Shown piece by piece: positions 58,412-64,000 of a stretch of DNA of 64,000 bases. Source of the stretch: Myxococcales bacterium (GTDB lineage: Bacteria > Myxococcota_A > UBA9042); NCBI GenBank assembly GCA_947491025.1, contig CANLIC010000004.1, positions 64,199-128,198 of the forward strand, read 5' to 3'. The position numbers and the translations under genes were made by a program. Within the stretch, counting starts at the first letter, position 1; each line of letters opens with the position of its first letter. The notes under the pieces are model-generated. The model did not search any database and had not been told where the DNA came from. It saw nothing but the letters and a program-made list of their open reading frames with translations.

Positions 58412-58472
58412 GCGCCCATTGGCGATCCCTACACGCGCACGCTCGTGTGACAGACGGGGCTGCGGAGCGCGG

Positions 58473-59717
58473 CTATGCCATCGGGGGTGGGTGTGTGGCG
58501 CCGAGGTGGTGCGCCGCCAGGCCAGCCATGGCGTGCACGATGACGATGGCCGCGACCTCCATCAGGACGTCGGTGGGCGTGCGCGGAGCGTGGGTGGCAG
58601 CCAGGCCCAAGCAGAGCGCGACCGCCGGCAGCGAGGCCAACAGGGCGGGGCGCGTGCCGGCAAGGCCCGGCGGACGAGGCCGCAGCGCGCCCCGCAGCCC
58701 CGCCAAGGCTGGGGCACCGACGCAAAGGCCGAGGACGCCGCCCTCTGGGCCGGCCACAAGCCCGCCCAAGGCGCCAGCGCCGAGCTGGGCGGCGAGCGTC
58801 GCCCTGACGTCGCTGCCCATCAAAAGCCGTGATGCCGCGGTCGCAGCGACCGCCAACGCCAGCAGCCCCTCCATCGGCGCACCGGTGGCGCCGGACCAGA
58901 GCCGCGGCGCTACGGTGGCGAGCAGGCAGGCGGCGCCGATGCTGAGGTGGAGCGCTAGCGAGCGCCGCTGGGCCAGCGGTTCATCGGGGGCGCGCAGGAC
59001 TCCCGTCGGCGTGTCGGCCTGGGTGCGCGCGAACGCTGCCAGCAGGGCAGCCGCCAGCCTGCTCCCCGCATCGCCGAAAAGCGCCGCCAATGCCAAAGGC
59101 GCCGCCCAGTCGGGCTGAAAGAGCAGGGCAGCGCCCACCTGGCAGCCGACCGCCACCGCCGACAGGCCACTCGGCAGTGGATGCGCCGTGCGCGGCGACC
59201 CTGGGGCCGACGCGTCGGGCCCGGCGTCGCCGATGAATGAGGCCAGCGCCACCGCGCCGAGGCCGAGCGCGAACACGCCTAGCGGCGCCGCCCACAGGGC
59301 GAGCAGGGGTAGCAAGGCGACCCACGCTGCGGCGCCCCAGCTGTCGGCTGCAGTACGGCCCGCAAGGGCGCCAGCCAACGCGCCGGCGGCGATGGTCCAG
59401 GCGCCGGCAAGCAGCGCAGCCGGGTCCGGGCCGCTCGCCTTGATCGCATCCGCACCGGAGGCCCACAGCCCGAAGGCCAGCGCAGTGAGGGCGAACGTCA
59501 TGCCCGCCGCGGCGAGTCGACGGCCCCGCCCAGCTTGGAGCGCGTCGCGGGCCAGCGGATGGGCCATCGAGCCAGCCAGCAGCGTCGCCGCCCAGAGGGC
59601 CATCGGCGTCGCAGCGTCGTGTTGGGCCTGCAGCGCCAGCGCCGTGGCGCAGAGGCCGACCGCATGCAGCGCCAGCAGCGCCAGGGTCGGAGGCGCGGCT
59701 GGCAAGGCGGGCAACAC
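58473..59717 (-). CDS. polytopic Ala/Leu/Gly-rich membrane protein (possible polymerase/ligase-type partner of the GT cluster)
   Basis: ORF 58473..59834, trimmed to GTG 59717 because the upstream gene ends at 59726. At least 10 hydrophobic segments. The proposed function is inference from context only. Confidence 0.55.
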   Translation of the reverse strand: MLPALPAAPPTLALLALHAVGLCATALALQAQHDAATPMALWAATLLAGSMAHPLARDALQAGRGRRLAAAGMTFALTALAFGLWASGADAIKASGPDPAALLAGAWTIAAGALAGALAGRTAADSWGAAAWVALLPLLALWAAPLGVFALGLGAVALASFIGDAGPDASAPGSPRTAHPLPSGLSAVAVGCQVGAALLFQPDWAAPLALAALFGDAGSRLAAALLAAFARTQADTPTGVLRAPDEPLAQRRSLALHLSIGAACLLATVAPRLWSGATGAPMEGLLALAVAATAASRLLMGSDVRATLAAQLGAGALGGLVAGPEGGVLGLCVGAPALAGLRGALRPRPPGLAGTRPALLASLPAVALCLGLAATHAPRTPTDVLMEVAAIVIVHAMAGLAAHHLGATHPPPMA

Positions 59718-59725
59718 AGTGGCTC

Positions 59726-60157
59726 TTAGGGCAACTTGACCGGCTGGCCGCCGTCCTTGTCGAAGAACATCAGCTGCGGCGGGCCCTCGCCTGGCACCGA
59801 GAGGTAGGACGTGCCGCGGCCTTCCTTGCCCCACATGACCAGGATTGGGGTGCCGTCCGGGTGAAGGCGCAGCAATACACGGTTGCGGCCGTCGGTGTCC
59901 TGCAGCAAGAGCTGCGGCGAGCCGTCCTCCGCGCGCATTCCGAACGAGCCGTGGACTTTGCCTTTCTTATCGACAATCTGCACCGACTGCACCTGGAGGT
60001 CGCCCGAAGCCTTGGCTTCCAGCGCTGCGAGACGCTGCTCGAGCTCGAGCTTGTCGGCGCGGGTCGCGCAGGCGGTGCCGCTCGCGCAAAGCAAGGCGAG
60101 CAGGGCCAAGCGCCAGCGCTTCGACGGGGCTGCGGCGAATTGGGTCGAGCTGAACAT
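59726..60157 (-). CDS. small secreted/lipoprotein-like protein
   Basis: 143-aa ORF. Signal WRLALLALLCASGTAC, then a coiled segment and a beta-rich domain. Confidence 0.6.
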   Translation of the reverse strand: MFSSTQFAAAPSKRWRLALLALLCASGTACATRADKLELEQRLAALEAKASGDLQVQSVQIVDKKGKVHGSFGMRAEDGSPQLLLQDTDGRNRVLLRLHPDGTPILVMWGKEGRGTSYLSVPGEGPPQLMFFDKDGGQPVKLP

Positions 60158-60275
60158 GGGCAGGGCCTCCGATAGGGCCGACCAAGATGCCGCCGCCGAT
60201 CCAACCGGTCAAGCGACGGGCCAGGCCTCGCAGACGCCTCGACGCGCGGGATTCTGGGCGGTGACGTCGCGGCGA

Positions 60276-61007
60276 TTAGAGCGGTGCGATGAGCTGAGGA
60301 CCTTCGTTGCGCGGCGAGTTGACCAGCGACGACACCGGCCGCGCCACCAAGATGCCGTCGGCCAAGGGTCGCATCAGCGCTTGCGCGGACTGCAGATCGC
60401 CGCTGAGCCAGGTGTCGATGGCGTCGCGGTTGAGGATGACGGGCATCCGGTCGTGAATCGTCGACATCAGCGCGTTGGCGGTGGTCGTGAGCAGGGCGAA
60501 GGTCTCGTCCCGACCGTGGGCTTCCTCCGCCGCCGGCGAGGAGGGCCTTGCACCTTCGCGCGGTGGCAGTGATTCCCAGATAGCCCCAATCGCAAAGGGC
60601 ATTTCGTCGCGATGGTGAATGTAGAGGGCCTGCTTGCGGCCGGTTGCGCCGCCAATGTCGTAAGGCTGACCAAAGAGGTCGACGCCGCGATCAGGTCGCC
60701 ACTCGTAAAATCCGTCGACCAGGCAGATGGCGCGTCGCCGCCGAATGGCGTCGCGGAACATCGGCTTGTCGGCGACGCTCTCGCTGCGGGCGTTGATCGG
60801 CGGTGCGATCCGCGGTGCGTCGCGACTCCACGCCGTCTCCAGGCCCCAGCGCATCTGGCGGGCGAGCCGAACGTCGCCCGCGGGCACGATGAGGCCGAGC
60901 TGTTGCGGAGACACGTTGTAGCGGGCCGACCACTCTGGCGGTGCGGCGAGGTCGAACGCATTGGCGAGCGCCTCGGCCGGGGTCTTCAGCGTGTAGCGGC
61001 CGCACAC
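60276..61007 (-). CDS. yedK: SOS-response-associated peptidase (SRAP/YedK) abasic-site processing protein
   Basis: ORF 60276..61112, trimmed to GTG 61007 so that the catalytic Cys is residue 2 ((M)CGRYTL). RYNVSPQQ, PPINARSESV, AICLVDGFYEW and IHDRMPVIL are collinear with E. coli YedK. Confidence 0.85.
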   Translation of the reverse strand: MCGRYTLKTPAEALANAFDLAAPPEWSARYNVSPQQLGLIVPAGDVRLARQMRWGLETAWSRDAPRIAPPINARSESVADKPMFRDAIRRRRAICLVDGFYEWRPDRGVDLFGQPYDIGGATGRKQALYIHHRDEMPFAIGAIWESLPPREGARPSSPAAEEAHGRDETFALLTTTANALMSTIHDRMPVILNRDAIDTWLSGDLQSAQALMRPLADGILVARPVSSLVNSPRNEGPQLIAPL

Positions 61008-61008
61008 C

Positions 61009-61536
61009 CTAGGCCCCTGGGGCCACAGGCGGCGCCCCGCTGGCCGGCGACGAAGCTTCGGCGTGGTCAGCCAAGGCGGGCTCCACCGGGCGGCCCTGCG
61101 CCAGGCGACCATAGAACCACGTGCCCAGACCGACGCCGGCGATGGTCCAGAGCGCCGAGGTCTTGCCCTCGCCGGCCATGACCAACACGGTGCCGGGACA
61201 AGCGCCGGCCAGGCCCCAGCCCAAGCCCAGCAGCAACGCGCCGGGCAACAGACCGCGCTGCATCGGCTTTCCGGCCGGCTCGACCCGTCCGCCGCCCCAC
61301 CAGACCCTGGCGCCGAATGCGCGCAGCAGCGCGATGAGCAGCGCGCCAGTCAAAGCCCCCGCGCCGATGACCCACATCAGCTGCAGGTCGCGGAACAGAA
61401 AGAGCGCCGCGTAATAGTCGTACGTGGTTGCGCCCGCCTTGGCGAGCAGCAGACCGAACAGCATGCCGAAGAGCACGAACGCCAGCGCAGGAGCCGGGCG
61501 GCCGTGCGGGGTCGCCTCGGCGCTATCAGCGGCCAT
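61009..61536 (-). CDS. YeeE/YedE-family (sulfur-transport-like) membrane protein, second half-size paralogue
   Basis: This is the internal part of ORF 61009..61869, starting at ATG 61536. Four TM helices. LGWGLAGACPG motif. Confidence 0.7.
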   Translation of the reverse strand: MAADSAEATPHGRPAPALAFVLFGMLFGLLLAKAGATTYDYYAALFLFRDLQLMWVIGAGALTGALLIALLRAFGARVWWGGGRVEPAGKPMQRGLLPGALLLGLGWGLAGACPGTVLVMAGEGKTSALWTIAGVGLGTWFYGRLAQGRPVEPALADHAEASSPASGAPPVAPGA

Positions 61537-61550
61537 CGCCGCGCCCGCGC

Positions 61551-62081
61551 TCACGGCGTCGCCCCAAAGAGCGCGAACAGCGACTGGACCATGACGATGC
61601 CGCCCACGAAGAAGCCGGCTGACGCCACGAGGCTCGGCGGGTTCAGCAGCGCGAGGCCGGCGATGGAGTGGCCCGACTGGCAACCCCCGGCCATGCGCGC
61701 ACCGACGCCGATGCACGCGCCACCGAGGACCAGCACCGCTGCCCGTGCCGCCGTGTGGGCCGGCAGCACAGACTCGTAGAGGGCACCCATCGAGGTCTGC
61801 ACGGACCAGCCGTCGCTGCCGAGAAGCGCGGCAACAGCGCCGCCAAGCGGCAACCCCGCAGCGAACCACAGGCGCCAGGCTTGCCCGAAGCCCTGATCTT
61901 TGCGGCGAAAGTAGTCGACGCCCAGGGCGCCGCAGGCCTCGCCATAGGCCGAAGAAAGGCCGAGCACCCGCCCCGTCGCCCAGAGAAACAGCGTCGTGAA
62001 CACGCCGATGGCCACGCCGCCGAGCCAGCCTGGCCAGACAGCGCTCGCTGCCTCAATCGCCCCTGCCGCCGGTTCGCTCAT
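61551..62081 (-). CDS. YeeE/YedE-family membrane protein, first half-size paralogue
   Basis: This is the internal part of ORF 61551..62372, starting at ATG 62081 after GGAGG. GARMAGGCQSGH motif and four TM helices. Confidence 0.7.
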   Translation of the reverse strand: MSEPAAGAIEAASAVWPGWLGGVAIGVFTTLFLWATGRVLGLSSAYGEACGALGVDYFRRKDQGFGQAWRLWFAAGLPLGGAVAALLGSDGWSVQTSMGALYESVLPAHTAARAAVLVLGGACIGVGARMAGGCQSGHSIAGLALLNPPSLVASAGFFVGGIVMVQSLFALFGATP

Positions 62082-62365
62082 TGCGCCTCCTGCGTCGCCC
62101 AGGGGTCCAGCCCTGGCCACCACCGCCCGGCGCCAAGCTGCGCAGCCCAGCGCGAACAGCCCTCGATCGTGGCGACCCTCGGCGGCCCTGTAAAGGCCGG
62201 ACGCGCCACTGTGCGATGGGCGAGGCCAACGCGCTGGGCAGATGACGGAGTCGGCTTTGGCTTGGGAGCGGGCAGGGTGGCGCGACGGGGCGGTTTTCTG
62301 GCCCCGACGCGGGGTGGCCGGTAGCCTGCGATGTGGGGCGACGGTTGTTGCTACGGGGTGCGGGC

Positions 62366-63610
62366 ATGGCAAGGACCAGCGTCGTCTCGCGAATCGCCCA
62401 CGATCGCTGCCTCGATGCCGCCGCTGAGCCGCTCGGGCCCGCCTGGTGGCAGCAGCTCGACTCCGGCTTCTACAAGCGCGACGAAGACTTCGAGCTCAAC
62501 TTGCGCGATCGCGCCCTGGTCGGCGCTACCGCCGCGATCGACGTTGGCATCCGCACCTTCGCCGCCGGCGCCGTGTCGACGCTCGCGGCGCCCTTTGGCC
62601 TGCACCCTGGCGAACTGGCGCACCTGGAAGCCGACCGCAGCTTTTACGCCGAGCGCACCGCGAGCGGCCGCGGCGAGGACCTCTTTCAGGCGCCGGCGCG
62701 CCGCGTTTCTGTGCAGCGCCGCCGGGCGCTGGCGCCGCTCTTTTCGCCCAAAGATGGCGTGGTTGAGGACATCAGCTTCGAGAGCCCCTTTCAGCCTACC
62801 CTGCCGCGCCTGCGTCCGGCCTGGCAGCGCCACACGCGCAACCGCCGCGTCGTCGCACGCATCTGGCGCCATACCGGCGCGCCGCGGCCCGTGGTCCTGG
62901 CCATTCATGGCTTTGGCGCCGAGCAGAGCTGGGTCAATGAGTGGATGCTCGCCCTGCCGCGCCTCTATCGACTCGGCTGCGACGTCGCGTTGCTGACGCT
63001 GCCTTTCCACGGGCCGCGCGCGGACTTGCTGTCGCCCTTTTCTGGGCATGGCTTCTTCTCGGGCGGCCTGTCGTGGATCAACGAGGCGTTTGCGCAAGGC
63101 GTCCTCGACGCTCGCGTCCTGATGCAGCACCTGAGCCTGGACTGCGGCGCCCCGCGCATCGGCGCCACCGGCATCTCCCTCGGCGGCTGCACCACGGCGC
63201 TGCTCGCGAGCGCGGAGCCCACGCTGGCCTTTGCGCTACCGATCGTGCCGGTCACCAGCCTCGCCGACCTGATGCTGGAGTGGCGACCCCTCTCGGCGGC
63301 GATCTCCATGGTGATGCGACAACGCGGGCTGACCATTCACGACCTGCGCCACGCCTTGTCGCCGTGCAGCCCCTTGACCTACGAGCCGCAAGTGCCCTTT
63401 CACCGGCGGATGATCGTGGGCGGCGTTGGCGACCGCGTCGCGCCTCCGAAGCATTCCCGGCTGCTTTGGGAGCATTGGGAGCGCTGCCGCTTGCACTGGT
63501 TTCCGGGCGGTCACGTCCTGCACCTCGACAAGGGGGAATACGTGCTGGAGATGGGGCGCTTCTTGCGAGACGCCGACTTCCTGCCGGATCGGCCGATCCC
63601 CGGCCGTTAG
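62366..63610 (+). CDS. alpha/beta hydrolase
   Basis: ORF 62333..63610; the ATG at 62366 is preferred. VVLAIHGFG, nucleophile elbow GISLGG, and a late His in WFPGGHV. Confidence 0.7.
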   Translation: MARTSVVSRIAHDRCLDAAAEPLGPAWWQQLDSGFYKRDEDFELNLRDRALVGATAAIDVGIRTFAAGAVSTLAAPFGLHPGELAHLEADRSFYAERTASGRGEDLFQAPARRVSVQRRRALAPLFSPKDGVVEDISFESPFQPTLPRLRPAWQRHTRNRRVVARIWRHTGAPRPVVLAIHGFGAEQSWVNEWMLALPRLYRLGCDVALLTLPFHGPRADLLSPFSGHGFFSGGLSWINEAFAQGVLDARVLMQHLSLDCGAPRIGATGISLGGCTTALLASAEPTLAFALPIVPVTSLADLMLEWRPLSAAISMVMRQRGLTIHDLRHALSPCSPLTYEPQVPFHRRMIVGGVGDRVAPPKHSRLLWEHWERCRLHWFPGGHVLHLDKGEYVLEMGRFLRDADFLPDRPIPGR

Positions 63611-63701
63611 CGCGCTGGGGGGGCCGCAGCGGGCCCTGCGGTGGGTCCTTGGATCCGCGTGGGCGCGTCAAGCGACGTCACTGCGGGCGGACGTGGAGGC
63701 C

Positions 63702-64000
63702 GTGGTGGCGAGTCGAGGTGGCGGCGCAGGGTGGGGCTGGGCGCTGGTGTTGGCCGGCGCTGCGGGCCTTCTGTGGTGGCGCCACGACGCCGAGCGCCGC
63801 GCGTCCAGCGCAGAGCCCGAAGCAGAGGCCCTGGAGTCGTACGCCGCCGAGGGTCGGTCGCCGCCGTCCACGCCGGAGCCGTCGTCGCGCCACAAGGCGC
63901 AACGACCCGCTGACGCGGAGCCGCGCGCCCCTGCCATCCAACCCGGGCAGTCGGTGGAGATCGCCCTCTCTGAACCTCCGGCGGCCTTCCTCGGCGCGGC
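63702..64000 (+). CDS. partial hypothetical membrane-anchored protein (runs off the right edge)
   Basis: Not in the ORF track. GTG 63702/63705 lies after GGAGG. The frame was hand-checked and is open to position 64000. TM helix GWGWALVLAGAAGLLWW, then a Pro/Glu/Ser-rich segment. High third-position GC. Confidence 0.4.
   Translation, partial: MVASRGGGAGWGWALVLAGAAGLLWWRHDAERRASSAEPEAEALESYAAEGRSPPSTPEPSSRHKAQRPADAEPRAPAIQPGQSVEIALSEPPAAFLGA

Overview
This is a very GC-rich bacterial chromosomal window that looks Myxococcota-like: a MYXO-CTERM-like sorting tail, myxobacterial Cys-rich repeats, many lipoproteins and two eukaryote-like Ser/Thr kinases. I call about 52 protein-coding genes.

The ORF-track starts are often too far upstream. 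Alternative start codons plus high GC give long 5' extensions and many antisense shadow ORFs. I re-set starts using Shine-Dalgarno motifs, signal peptides and conserved N-termini. Two genes that run off the window edges are missing from the ORF track and were found by hand translation: an FG-GAP protein at the left edge and a small membrane ORF at the right edge.

Housekeeping anchors:
- nadB and thiC
- a ccmABCD heme-exporter module that is translationally coupled to an upstream Ser/Thr kinase
- sohB, purine nucleoside phosphorylase, a family-4 uracil-DNA glycosylase and an SRAP/YedK protein
- a complete Na+-NQR operon, nqrABCDEF-apbE-nqrM

Accessory content:
- an M50 protease, two HEAT-repeat genes and an exported glutaredoxin-like protein
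- a pentapeptide-repeat protein
- a second kinase paired with a TPR protein, lying divergent to a 1226-aa Cys-rich-repeat lipoprotein
- a beta-propeller lipoprotein
- a glycosyltransferase cluster
- a split YeeE/YedE pair

I recognised no rRNA, tRNA, CRISPR array or transposase gene.

The most interesting signal is a 149-bp non-autonomous, MITE-like element present twice (9479-9627 and 15288-15436). Each copy has imperfect terminal inverted repeats and its own perfect 4-bp flanking duplication. One copy is inserted in-frame inside the signal-peptide codons of the HEAT-repeat gene. The other lies in the divergent promoter region upstream of the kinase-ccm operon.

All functional calls come from motif recognition by eye. 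No database search was possible.
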